The notes beneath the pieces were generated by a model. That model was not told where the DNA came from, searched no databases, and was given only the letters and a program-made list of their open reading frames with translations. 64,000 nucleotides of DNA from Planctomycetota bacterium (GTDB lineage Bacteria > Planctomycetota > UBA11346), in the NCBI GenBank assembly GCA_038213805.1, contig JBBQSO010000006.1, forward strand, positions 43,040 through 107,039, written 5' to 3'. Shown piece after piece: positions 12,001 through 19,966 of the stretch. Made by a program: the position numbers and the translations under genes. The stretch's first letter is position 1. Every line of letters begins with the position of its first letter.

Positions 12001-12447
12001 GGCCCGACCTACACCTTCACTGTCACCGCGACGGCCAGCGGCCAGGTGGTGGTGGGCATCGCTGACAACGCCATCAACGATGTCGCCGGCAACGCCAACC
12101 GCGCCTCCAACTACGTCGTGGTCACTTACCTTGCGACCGGCCCGAGCGTGACGCTCTCCACCGACGTCAGCGAGTGGTCGGCGGCCACCGCCATCCCGAT
12201 CCAGGTCACGGTGGTGTTCAGCGCGTCGGTGACCGGCTTCACCGTGGGCGACCTGACCGTCGGCAACGGTACGGCGGGCAACTTCGCCGGCTCGGGCCGG
12301 GTCTACACCTTCGACCTGACCCCGACCTCGACCGCTTCGCCGGTGACCGTCGATGTCAGCGCCGGAGTGGCCACGGACGCGGCCACCAACGGCAACCTGG
12401 TCGCACCGCAGCTCAACATGGTCTACATGCCCAACGGCAACGGCTGA
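1..12447 (+). CDS. Giant surface adhesin with tandem bacterial Ig-like repeats (Big_12/Big_13-like), 5'-truncated
   Basis: Frame is open from base 1 (TASKTKDLAGNFNS...). About 43 domains of ~96 aa with motif vTFSEaVtGF...DlAGN; Thr/Ala/Ser/Gly rich; ends LNMVYMPNGNG. Confidence 0.92.
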   Translation, partial: TASKTKDLAGNFNSAATSLVVVFDSVRPTAAFTSTVSTATTNLATIPMTLTFSEVVTGFDISQIAVTNGATSNAAGSGRTYTFDLAPTAEGAVTVNYAIGQVADAANNTNTASAAFTRTYDTTAPTISITSTAPTLTNAVIPIKITFSEAVTGFTLGDITVGNGTASALLGSGASYTANVTATTDGQVTVDVADAVCTDIAGNADIAASQFSVAFDKTSPIATIATTTPTPSNVPFAVTVSFDEAVTGFVASDMSVTNGAISGFAGSGASYSMVITPATQGNVTITMTAAKCLDLAGNSNLAATALAVVFDTVKPTVVFTSTISAASTNLSTIPVTATFSEVVTGFSDSQLTLVNGSTANLAGSGRTYTFDLNPGVEGTVTVALPAGQATDAAGNTNSLSTTFSKAYDLTAPTVTVTGTGPAVTNTTIPIRIVFNEAVSGFTVGDLTVVGGTAGSFAGSGATYTAVITATSDGTVTVDIDAAVCTDIAGNALAAGTAQFSAVFDHTAPTATIASTSTSPTSAAFPVTIVFSEPVTAFVVANVTVTNGTISGFSGSGANYAFTVTPPAQGTAVVALTAGKVKDLAGNFNLAAGSLSMAFDSVHPTVVLSSTLTVGSTNLSTIPVTATFSETVTGVDFTTLTLVNGVVANFTGGGRTYTFDLNPSAEGTVSVTVPANNATDGAGNGNTASATFTRAYDLTGPTPTITSTAANLVSTTIPVVVTWDEAVTGFTLADVTVGNGTAGSFAGSGASYSFLITATADGTVTVDIAGSTCTDIATNINNAATQFSRVVFDHTAPTAVITTTASSRTNAAIPVTITFSEPVTAFVATNVTVTNGVISGFAGSGATYSFTVTPPAQGTATIALAANKVKDIAGNFNLAATSLPVVFDTVHPTVALTAALASSSFNTGSFHVTATFSEAVTGFDETDVTVVNGAVANLTGSGASYSFDVTTAVTGAVAVSIAANVCTDLATNNNLASTTLTKTYDLNGPGMIITSTAPAITKVAIPVTITFDQPVTGFAVGDLTVGNGTAGSFTGSGATYSAVLTASGDGTVTLDIAAGVCQDLAANDNTSGIQFVRTFDSTAPTAVFATTAANPSNVAIPVTVTFSETVTGFTASALTLTNGTVSAFAGSGATYSFTLSAVAQGTVTVAFAANKYHDVPGNFNTATTTMSVVFDTVRPSVTLTSSVASATFNTGTFPVVVTFSEAVTGFDASSLTIGNGAVANFAGSGASYSFDVTTATPGAVTVAVAASVCTDLAINDNFASTVLTKTYDTTGQTPVIASTAPALTNAAIPITVTFGQAVTGFTSGDLTVGNGTVTAFSGSGATYAATITATTDGTVTVDIAAGVAQDLAGNDTSTGAQFSRSFDHTLPTAAIAFGGANPTNVAIPVTVTFSEPVSGFLATALTLTNGSVSAFAGSGATYTFTMTATTQGTVTVAFAASKYRDLANNLNTATTTQSAVFDTVRPTVVLSTSLASASFNSGTFHVIATFSEAVTGFDVSDVTVTNGAAAGFTGTGASYAFDVTTATLGAVSVSIAANVCTDLAINNNVASSALVKTYDTNGPAVVVTSNAPALTNTTIPITVTFDQAVTGFIAGDLTVGNGTVSAFSGSGATYAVTITATTDGTVTVDIAGGVAQDLAGNNNTTGAQFSRTFDHTLPTAAIAFTGANPSNVVLPVTVTFSEPVSGFLVSALTLTNGTASAATGSGATYSFTVTATTQGTVTVAFATTKYRDLAGNFNTATTTQSAVFDTVRPTVALSTSLTSGSFNSGSFHVIATFSEAVTGFDVSDVTVTNGAAAGFTGTGASYAFDVTTATVGAVSVSIAANVCTDLAINNNVASSALVKTYDTSAPGLLITSAAPAITNSTIPLTVTFDQAVTGFIAGDLTVGNGTVTAFSGSGATYAVTITATTDGTVTVDIAGGVAQDLAGNNNTTGAQFARTFDHTAPTAAIALGGANPTNTTIPVTVTFSEPVSGFLVSALTLTNGTASAATGSGATYSFTVTATTQGTVTVAFATTKYRDLAGNFNTATTTQSAVFDTVRPTVALTSTTTSPLFNTGTFRVIATFSEAVTGFDVSDVTVSNGAASGFTGTGASYAFDVTTATIGQVSVSIAANVCTDLAINNNVASSAMVKTYDTNGPGVTITSTAPAITNAAIPVTITFDQQVTGFSPTDLTIGNGSVAAFSGSGATYAVTITATSDGTVTVDIAGGVCQDLAGNNNTTGAQFSRTFDHVAPTSAITLGGSNPTNTTIPVTITFSETVSGFAASALTITNGTASAVSGSGATYALTVTATTQGTVTVAFAASKYRDLAGNFNTATTTQSALFDSVRPTVVLSTSLASSSFNTGSFHVIAIFSEAVTGFDVSDVTVTNGAAAGFTGTGASYAFDVTTATPGVVTASIATSACADAATNANLASNTLSKVFNTTGPVPAIATSAPGLTNTTIPITVTFTAPVTGFTQGDLTIGNGTVSAFSGSGATYAATITATTDGTVTVDIAAGVAQDLAGNDNSTGVQLARTFDHTAPTAALALGGANPTNTTIPVTVTFSEAVSGFAASALTITNGTASAVSGSGATYAFTVTATTQGTVTVAFAANKYRDFANNFNTATSTQSAVFDTVRPTVVLTTSLVSGSFNTGTFHVIATFSEAVTGFDVSDVTVTNGAAAGFTGTGASYAFDVTTAVQGAVGVSILANACTDLAINNNVASNALSKTYDTTGPVPTIASTAPAITNATIPITVTFDQPVTGFVSGDLTIGNGTVSAFSGSGATYAATITATSDGTVTVDIAGGVAQDLAGNNNTTGVQLARTFDHTAPTAAIAFAGSNPTNLALPVTVTFSEPVSGFLATALTVSNGAVSAFTGSGATYTFTVTPSAQGTVTVAFAAGKYRDLATNLNTATTTLSTIFDTVRPTVVLSTTLASSTFNTGSFHVIATFSEAVTSFDVSDVTVTGGAASAFTGTGASYAFDVTTATPGAVGVAIATSVCTDLATNSNVASSTLTRTYDTSGPGLVITSAAPAATNAPIPITVTFDQPVTGFVQGDLTVGNGTVTAFSGSGATYAVTITATTDGTVTVDIAGGVAQDLAGNDNTTGAQFSRTFDHTIPTAAIALGGPNPTNSAIPVTVTFSEPVSGFTAGALTITNGVVSAFTGSGATYTFTVTPPAQGTVTLAFAAGKYRDIAGNFNTATTTQSAVFDTVRPTVVLTTSQASATFNTGTFHVIATFSEAVTGFDVNDVTVTNGAATAFTGTGASYAFDVTTAVQGTVGVAIATSVCTDLASNNNLAATTLSRTYDITGPTVTIASAAPALTNTTIPITLTFSEVVTGFTTGDLTVGNGTVTAFSGSGATYAATITATTDGSVTVDIAGGVCTDLAGNGSTTGTQFSRTFDHTLPTAAIAFAGASPTNAPLAVTVTFSEPVTGFLASALTVSNGAVSAFTGSGATYTFTVTPPAQGSVSVALAAAKYHDLANNNNTATTTLSAVFDTVRPTVVLSTGLTSATFNTGTFHVIATFSEAVTSFDVSDVTVTNGAASGFTGTGASYAFDVTTATEGAVGVAIAATVCTDIATNNNVASNTLTKTYDVSGPAVTITSAAAAMVNAPFTITVTFDQAVTGFALGDLTVGNGTASALTGSGATYALSISPTADGTVTVDIAAGVAQDLAGNDNTTGAQFSRTYDHTLPTAAIAISGANPTNVPIPVTVTFSEPVSGFLATALTVTNGSVSGLTGSGATYSFTVTATAQGTVTVAFAANKYRDLAGNFNTATTTLSTLFDSVGPTVTLTSTSTSRTRLQPIPVTATFSESVTGFVVGDLTVSNGTAGNFTGTGRTYTFDITPTAAGVLTVSIASGVATDAAGNGNTTSNTLSRTFDDTGPRPVITSAAPSLEKTPTISVTVTFPESVSGFTVADLTIGNGFATAFAGSGATYTFTLNQGQGTVTVDIDDNVCVDLAGNGNLSAVQFTRTYDSIPPTAVVTTSGGVATNSAAIAYTITFSEDVTGFALNKLTVINGTASSLAGTGPTYTFTVTATASGQVVVGIADNAINDVAGNANRASNYVVVTYLATGPSVTLSTDVSEWSAATAIPIQVTVVFSASVTGFTVGDLTVGNGTAGNFAGSGRVYTFDLTPTSTASPVTVDVSAGVATDAATNGNLVAPQLNMVYMPNGNG
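2660..11280 (+). repeat. Higher-order 861-nt (287 aa, three-domain) tandem repeat, about 10 copies
   Basis: Equivalent antisense ORF boundaries recur at 3114, 3975, 4836, 5697, 7419, 8280, 9141, 10002 (period 861); three domain types cycle in fixed order. Confidence 0.9.
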
Positions 12448-14786
12448 GACCCGGCGCTGCGGCGCAGCTCCTGGAGCAGGACGATGACCTGCGCGGTCGC
12501 CGCAGCCGTGCCGGGCGGGAGGGGGCCACGCTCGCTGGAGCGCCAGGCGTCCTGGTAGAGGCCGGCCAGGAACGGCAGCAGCCGGCGCGCGTGCGCGGCA
12601 TCGGGCTGGGCGGTGTGCACGCACTCGACCAGCTCTTCAGCGCGCAGCGCGACAAACCTGGACGCCGGCAGCGCTGTCGCCAGCTCGGCGACGGTGACGT
12701 CCGGGGCGCTCAGCAGCAGGTCGATCGCGAGCCGGGTGATGTGGCTGTCCTGGTAGCGCCCGGCGATGCGCACCAGCGCGGGGACCACCACCTGCCAGCC
12801 CTTGCCTTGGGCCATGACCCCACGGATGGCGCAGGCAATGGTGGCCGCCTCGTCGAAGGTGGCGGGCCCCTGGACGTCTGCGAGTTCGGGTGCCTGCGCA
12901 CCCGCCTCGCCGCGCAGCAGCGCCAGCCGGCGTGCGATCAGCTCCGGCGCCGCCGCCAGCGGCGGACGACCGAGCAGGTGGTGGTAGCTGAAGTCCGAGA
13001 ACGGGTAGACCGCCAGGCAGGCGAGGGCGATGCCGTCCTTGTCGCGCGCTGACGCGCGTCCGAAGCGCAGGTAGTAGACCGCTTCGCCCCACGGCACGCC
13101 GCCGAGCGCGCGCGCGATGGCTGCGTCCGCCTCTGCGCTCAACTGCGCATCCTCGCGCACCGCCAGGACCACCTGCTGGCCAAGCGTGGTCACCGCATAG
13201 GCGTCGGAAAGCGCGGGGATGGTGGCGAGGATGCGCTCGGCCTCGTCGTGCTTGCCGAGCGTCATGCCGCGGAAGGCGGGGATCGCCAGCCAGGCGCAGT
13301 ACAGCGCCACGTGCAGCAGGGCACCGCGCAGCAGCGCGTCGCTGCGGCCGTCCGCGGGCGGCGACCTTCCGGAGTCCGACGCGCGTAGCATGACTGCGCA
13401 GGCGGCGCCCAGCCACGCGCAGCTGAGCACGCCGGCGAAGGTGTTCTCGGTGGCGGCCGCGATGCCGGTGCCCACGGCCAGCACCTGCACGGCCAGGCGC
13501 AGGCGCGGTTCGGCGACCCGCCATACCGCGGCAACCAACAGGGCGGTGAGGGCGCCGAGCAGCGCCAAACCAGGGAGGCCTGCGGTCAGCCAGCATTCCA
13601 GCCACTCATCGTGCAGATGGTTGATGGTGCGGCCCTGGGTGAGCAGGCGCCCGAGATCCGGATCGCGCTCTGCCAGGCGCAGCGCCGCGCAATCGCCCTG
13701 ACCGAGCGGAGTCTGAAGCGCGCTGGTGACGCCGGCGCGGGCGATCTGCAGGCGCTCGTGGTGGCGGCCCGGACGCTCATTGGCCAGGACCATGCCGACC
13801 AGCGCCAGGCCCAGCGCCAGCGCCGCCGCGAGCGTCAGCGGCGTCGCGCGCGGCCAGCGCGCCCGGGCGCGCCCGATCACGATCAGCACGGGGATGGCGA
13901 ACAGGGTGAGCGCCACGCTGCGCCGCCCGGAGTTGAGGGTCAGCGCGGCGAGCGCGACCAGGCCAACGCCGAGCAGTGGTGCTGCCCAGGCCGGTTGCGC
14001 AGTCAGGGTGCGGCGCGCCAGCGCGTGCAGCGCGCCGGCCAGCACCGCCAGCGCGAGCACCGCTCCGGCCAATCCCTGCCAGCCCATCTGCAAGGGTCCG
14101 TCCGCGCCGCGCACCACCACCACCGCCCCCGCGGCGAGCGCGAGCAGCGCGAGCAGCGCGCCATCGCGGCGGCGCGTGACCGCGGTCGCGCCCGCGGGCC
14201 ACGCCAGCACCAGCCACGCGAGCAGCGCCGGCACGGCGATGTTCATCGTCCAGTTGAGGTTGCCGAACAGACGGTTGCCGATCTCGTCGCTGGCCATCGC
14301 CTCAAGGCCGTAGGGGTGCGCGACGTACGTGAGAAGGTTGGGCAGGGCCTGGGCGAGCAGGGCCACGGCACCGCACGCGCCCAACCAGGCGAGCAGGCGG
14401 CGCACGTCCAGCGGGGTGGCGAGCACCATGCCGGCGGCCGCCACTGCCAGCGCGTGCACCGCGAGCCGCGGCCAGGCCACGCCCGCCTGGGCGTGGCGCC
14501 AGTCGACCAGCGCCGTCCACGCGAGCAGCACCATCGCCACCATCAGCCATGAGCGGCTCAGCCGGCTCCAGCGTGGTTCATCGCCCAGGGTGAGGAAGGG
14601 CATGGCGAGCAGCGGCAGGAGGAGCAGCAGCGGCTCACAGCCCTGATGAGGCAGAGCTCGTCCGCACATCCAGGCCAGGCCGTTGCAGAGCACCGCCAGC
14701 CCGGCCACCAGCACCGGTGCTGCGCGCAGCAGTGACAGCGGCCTACGCAGCGGAGCCAGGCGTGATGGCAAGGGTCCTGGGATCAT
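12423..14786 (-). CDS. O-antigen ligase / O-oligosaccharyltransferase-like (Wzy_C) polytopic membrane protein
   Basis: Many hydrophobic helices; FGNLN motif, SGRRS, ERLQI and HLHDEWLECWLTAGLPGL resembling the HxHN..L....E.G..G signature. ATG 14786 with GGAG upstream; overlaps adhesin 3' end convergently by 25 nt. Confidence 0.65.
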   Translation of the reverse strand: MIPGPLPSRLAPLRRPLSLLRAAPVLVAGLAVLCNGLAWMCGRALPHQGCEPLLLLLPLLAMPFLTLGDEPRWSRLSRSWLMVAMVLLAWTALVDWRHAQAGVAWPRLAVHALAVAAAGMVLATPLDVRRLLAWLGACGAVALLAQALPNLLTYVAHPYGLEAMASDEIGNRLFGNLNWTMNIAVPALLAWLVLAWPAGATAVTRRRDGALLALLALAAGAVVVVRGADGPLQMGWQGLAGAVLALAVLAGALHALARRTLTAQPAWAAPLLGVGLVALAALTLNSGRRSVALTLFAIPVLIVIGRARARWPRATPLTLAAALALGLALVGMVLANERPGRHHERLQIARAGVTSALQTPLGQGDCAALRLAERDPDLGRLLTQGRTINHLHDEWLECWLTAGLPGLALLGALTALLVAAVWRVAEPRLRLAVQVLAVGTGIAAATENTFAGVLSCAWLGAACAVMLRASDSGRSPPADGRSDALLRGALLHVALYCAWLAIPAFRGMTLGKHDEAERILATIPALSDAYAVTTLGQQVVLAVREDAQLSAEADAAIARALGGVPWGEAVYYLRFGRASARDKDGIALACLAVYPFSDFSYHHLLGRPPLAAAPELIARRLALLRGEAGAQAPELADVQGPATFDEAATIACAIRGVMAQGKGWQVVVPALVRIAGRYQDSHITRLAIDLLLSAPDVTVAELATALPASRFVALRAEELVECVHTAQPDAAHARRLLPFLAGLYQDAWRSSERGPLPPGTAAATAQVIVLLQELRRSAGSQPLPLGM

Positions 14787-14892
14787 CGGCGCTCCGCGCG
14801 CCGGAGAGGTGCCCGGCGGCAGCGGGGGACTACAGCGCCCGGGGGCTGGGGGATCAAGACCGTGGCGCGGTCCCGCACCAGGGTTTGGCGCT

Positions 14893-14921
14893 TTGCGCAC
14901 CACCGCGCCCTGGGGTAGGCT
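14893..14921 (+). promoter_or_regulatory. Sigma70-type promoter for the TPR glycosyltransferase gene
   Basis: TTGCGC (14893-14898), 17 nt, TAGGCT (14916-14921); AAGGAG follows at 14949. Confidence 0.55.
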
Positions 14922-14960
14922 AAGCGAAGCCGTCATCTGCGGCCCGGCAAGGAGCCAGCC

Positions 14961-17186
14961 ATTTCCCGTCGCAACCGTGATCAGCCGCCGTCCCACCACA
15001 CCGCCGAGGCCACCCCACCGGCCCAGCCGGCGCTGGCCGCCGCGCGCAGGTCCGCGCTGGGCCTGCCGGGGCCCGCCTTCCTGCCGGCCCTGGGTGGGCC
15101 CATACAGTCCCATGAACCGCTCCTCACCCGGATCCAGGCCATCTGGCTGGCTGCCACGACCCTGGTGATGCTCGGCATCGCCGCGTACGCCAATTCGTTC
15201 GCTGGCCGCTTCATGTTCGACGACACCATGTGGATCGGCGACCCGCCGCCGGCCTTCCACGACATCTGGTGGTACACGCAGGGGCTGTTCTTCTCCAGCG
15301 GCCGACGCTTCATCGAGCTCACGGCGCAGATCAACTGGGCGCTCGGCCACGAGAACTTGTTCGGCTGGCACCTCTTCAACGTCAGTGTCCACCTCGGCTG
15401 CGGCCTGGCGGTGTTCGGGGTGGCGCGCCGCACCCTGCTCAGCGCCCCCATGGGCGGGCGCTTCGCCGGCTCGGCGACCTGGCTGGCCTGGGCGATCGCG
15501 GCGATCTTCCTGGTCCACCCGCTCAACAGCGAGGCGGTGACCTTCATCTGGCAGCGTGCGCACGCGGTGATGGCGCTCTGCCAGATCCTTGCGCTCTACG
15601 TCATCATCCGCGCCGACTCCGCTCAGGGCAACGCCCGATGGATCTGTTGGGGCCTCGCCCTGCTGCTGTGCGACATCGGGCTCGACACCAAGGCGCAGAT
15701 GGTCGCCATGCCGCTGCTGGTGTTGATCTACGACCGCACCTTCCTCAGCGGCACCTGGACTACGCTGGTCGCGCGCAACTGGCCGCTCTACGCCGGACTG
15801 GCGGCGGTGTGGGCAGTGAGTGTCGGCAATCTCTCCGCGACCATGGGCGGACCGGGCAGCGACATCGGCAGCCGTGGCGTGATGCCCGATGAGCAGGGCA
15901 GCGGCACCATGACCCGCCTGGAGTATGCGCGCGCCCAGCCCGAGGTGGTGCTGCGCTATCTCGGGCTGCTGTTCTGGCCGCGCCAGCTCTGCCTTGACTA
16001 CGTGTGGGGCATCCCGCCGCTCAGCGCCGCCCTGGTGCCGTGGTTCGCCGGTCTCGCCGCGCTGGCTGCGGCGTCAGCCCTCGCGCTGTGGCGCTGGCCG
16101 CTGTGGGGTTTCCTTGGGGTGTGGTTCTTCCTCAACCTCGGGCCGTCCTCCAGCGTCATCCCGCGGCCCGACGTGATGGTCGAGCACCGCATGTACGTGC
16201 CGATGATCGCCTTGGCCGCGTTGGTGGTGGTTGGCGGCTGGCTGCTCGCCGGGCGCGCCTGCAAAGACCTGCGCCTCGTCCTGCCGGTGGCGGGTGGAGC
16301 GCTGGCGGTGCTAGTGGTCGCGCTCGGTTGGCGCACCGTGGTCCGCAATCAGGATTACCAGGACCATGAGGTGATGTGGCGTCAGGTCATCGCCGTCTCG
16401 CCCAGCAATCCGCGCGCCCACCTCAACCTCGGCACCACCCTCGGTTCGCGCGACCGCCACGAGGAGGCGCTGGTCGAGTTCGGCCTCGCGGCGAAGTTCA
16501 AGGGCATCTACCCGATGGCCCATTACAATCGCGGCACCTCACTCGAAAAACTCAAGCGCAACGAGGAGGCGGTCGAGGCCTACCGCGAGGCGACGCGCGA
16601 GAACCAGGGCTATGCCGAAGCGTGGAACAACCTCGGCGGCGTGCTCATCACCCTTGGCCGTCCGGAGGAGTCGCTGGTGCCGCTGCAGCGCGCGATCACT
16701 ATCCGCGAGAACCAGCAGGCGCCGTACGGCGTCGCCTACAACAACTACGGCAACGCCCTCATCCAGCTCGGCAAGGCCAAGGAGGCGCTGCCCTTCCTCG
16801 AGAAGGCTGTGCTCTACCGCCCGAAGCTGGCCGAGGCGTGGTACAACCTCGGCAATTCCCACGTCGCCTTCGGCGACTTCGCGAAGGCGCTGCCCGCGTA
16901 CCAGCAGGCCGTGCAGATCAACCCGGACTACGCCGAGGCCCACCACAATCTCGCGCTGATGCTCGGCAACGCGCGCCGCTACCGCGAAGCTTACGAGCAG
17001 GACCGGAAAGCGCTCGAGCTGCGCCCGGTGTACGAGCAGGCCCAGCACACCATCCAGCGCTGGGAGCTCGCCCTCAAGCAGGGCGACGCAGCTGCGCCCG
17101 CGGTGACCCTGCCGTCGGCGCCTGCCGCGCCTGCCGCGCCGAGCGGAGCGCCGGCCCAGAACGGGTTGGCGACCGCGGGGAAGTGA
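14961..17186 (+). CDS. TMTC-like membrane glycosyltransferase (GT-C fold) with C-terminal TPR repeats
   Basis: YANSF.G.FMFDD, WHLFNV..H, FLVHPLNSEAVT.I.QR, LLFWP.QL.LDY, EHRMYVP motifs then about 7 TPRs. First canonical start is GTG/ATG 15165/15168 inside TM1; proposed start is ATT 14961. Confidence 0.82.
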   Translation: MSRRNRDQPPSHHTAEATPPAQPALAAARRSALGLPGPAFLPALGGPIQSHEPLLTRIQAIWLAATTLVMLGIAAYANSFAGRFMFDDTMWIGDPPPAFHDIWWYTQGLFFSSGRRFIELTAQINWALGHENLFGWHLFNVSVHLGCGLAVFGVARRTLLSAPMGGRFAGSATWLAWAIAAIFLVHPLNSEAVTFIWQRAHAVMALCQILALYVIIRADSAQGNARWICWGLALLLCDIGLDTKAQMVAMPLLVLIYDRTFLSGTWTTLVARNWPLYAGLAAVWAVSVGNLSATMGGPGSDIGSRGVMPDEQGSGTMTRLEYARAQPEVVLRYLGLLFWPRQLCLDYVWGIPPLSAALVPWFAGLAALAAASALALWRWPLWGFLGVWFFLNLGPSSSVIPRPDVMVEHRMYVPMIALAALVVVGGWLLAGRACKDLRLVLPVAGGALAVLVVALGWRTVVRNQDYQDHEVMWRQVIAVSPSNPRAHLNLGTTLGSRDRHEEALVEFGLAAKFKGIYPMAHYNRGTSLEKLKRNEEAVEAYREATRENQGYAEAWNNLGGVLITLGRPEESLVPLQRAITIRENQQAPYGVAYNNYGNALIQLGKAKEALPFLEKAVLYRPKLAEAWYNLGNSHVAFGDFAKALPAYQQAVQINPDYAEAHHNLALMLGNARRYREAYEQDRKALELRPVYEQAQHTIQRWELALKQGDAAAPAVTLPSAPAAPAAPSGAPAQNGLATAGK

Positions 17187-17220
17187 CGCGCTGCAGCGAA
17201 GGCGCCAGGGAGGTTGTCCT

Positions 17221-17580
17221 TCACGTCTGGCGCTGGATAAGGGCGCCGAGCATGCGGCCGATCTGGGAGATCTCGTCCTGGAGATGCAGTGCCGACGGAG
17301 TCGGGCAGAGTCCGATGTCGCATGCGAGGATGAGGTGGCAGCGCAGCTCGCCTGCGGACGCCTTGGCGATGCGCAGGAAGTAGGCGTACTCGTTACGATT
17401 ATCGCGTTCCGCGCCCTCGGCGATATTGGCCGCGATGCTGATGGCAGCACGCTGGATCTGATCGCGGAACGGGAAGTCGGTGGCGATACGCGTCGTCCGG
17501 ACGAACCGGTACGTATCCGCCGCGAGTTTCCTGGCCCGCTGCCACACGATGAGATTTTCGAATTTCGAAGTCGTCTGCAT
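17221..17580 (-). CDS. Four helix bundle protein (23S rRNA IVS protein family)
   Basis: FENLIVWQ...DQIQRAAISIAANIAEG.ER...FLRIAKAS.GEL signature; AAGGAGG SD before ATG 17580. Confidence 0.92.
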   Translation of the reverse strand: MQTTSKFENLIVWQRARKLAADTYRFVRTTRIATDFPFRDQIQRAAISIAANIAEGAERDNRNEYAYFLRIAKASAGELRCHLILACDIGLCPTPSALHLQDEISQIGRMLGALIQRQT

Positions 17581-17746
17581 GGAAACCTCCTTGGGTTCCC
17601 ACCCCACCACCAGGTCGCGCGCAGGGGTCAAGGACGGCGCGTCCCGCGCCGCCGCGCCCCGTGGGCGAGGCGCAGCCGGAGCTCCTTGACGCCGAGCACG
17701 ACCGGTACAATCGATGGAACCGAGGAGATGGGCAACTCCCGGAGCG

Positions 17747-17765
17747 CGCGCCTCGCGCCTCGCGC

Positions 17766-17767
<2 letters not shown>
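17747..17767. repeat. (CGCGCCT)x3 tandem repeat upstream of the four-helix-bundle gene
   Basis: Direct reading; partial reverse complement at 17663-17675. Confidence 0.7.
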
Positions 17768-19895
<2,128 letters not shown>

Positions 19896-19966
19896 ACTCA
19901 GGGATTGGCGCTGCCCCCTGGGAGGCCAGGAAGCTTACCCGATTTTTCCGCACGCAGGTGGAGCGC

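Noticed and set aside
1069..12624. Very long antisense ORFs (799 and 2886 aa) opposite the adhesin
   Set aside because: Shadow frames from GC3 bias and repeats; Arg/Gly-rich with no domain signal.
15112..15168. ATG 15112 as a frameshifted start of the TMTC-like gene
   Set aside because: No SD, closes at 15168; the in-frame SD plus ATT at 14961 explains the locus without a frameshift.
14787..15563. N-terminal 259 aa of the 12423..15563 ORF
   Set aside because: Overlaps the TMTC-like gene antisense and its promoter; the real start is more likely 14786.
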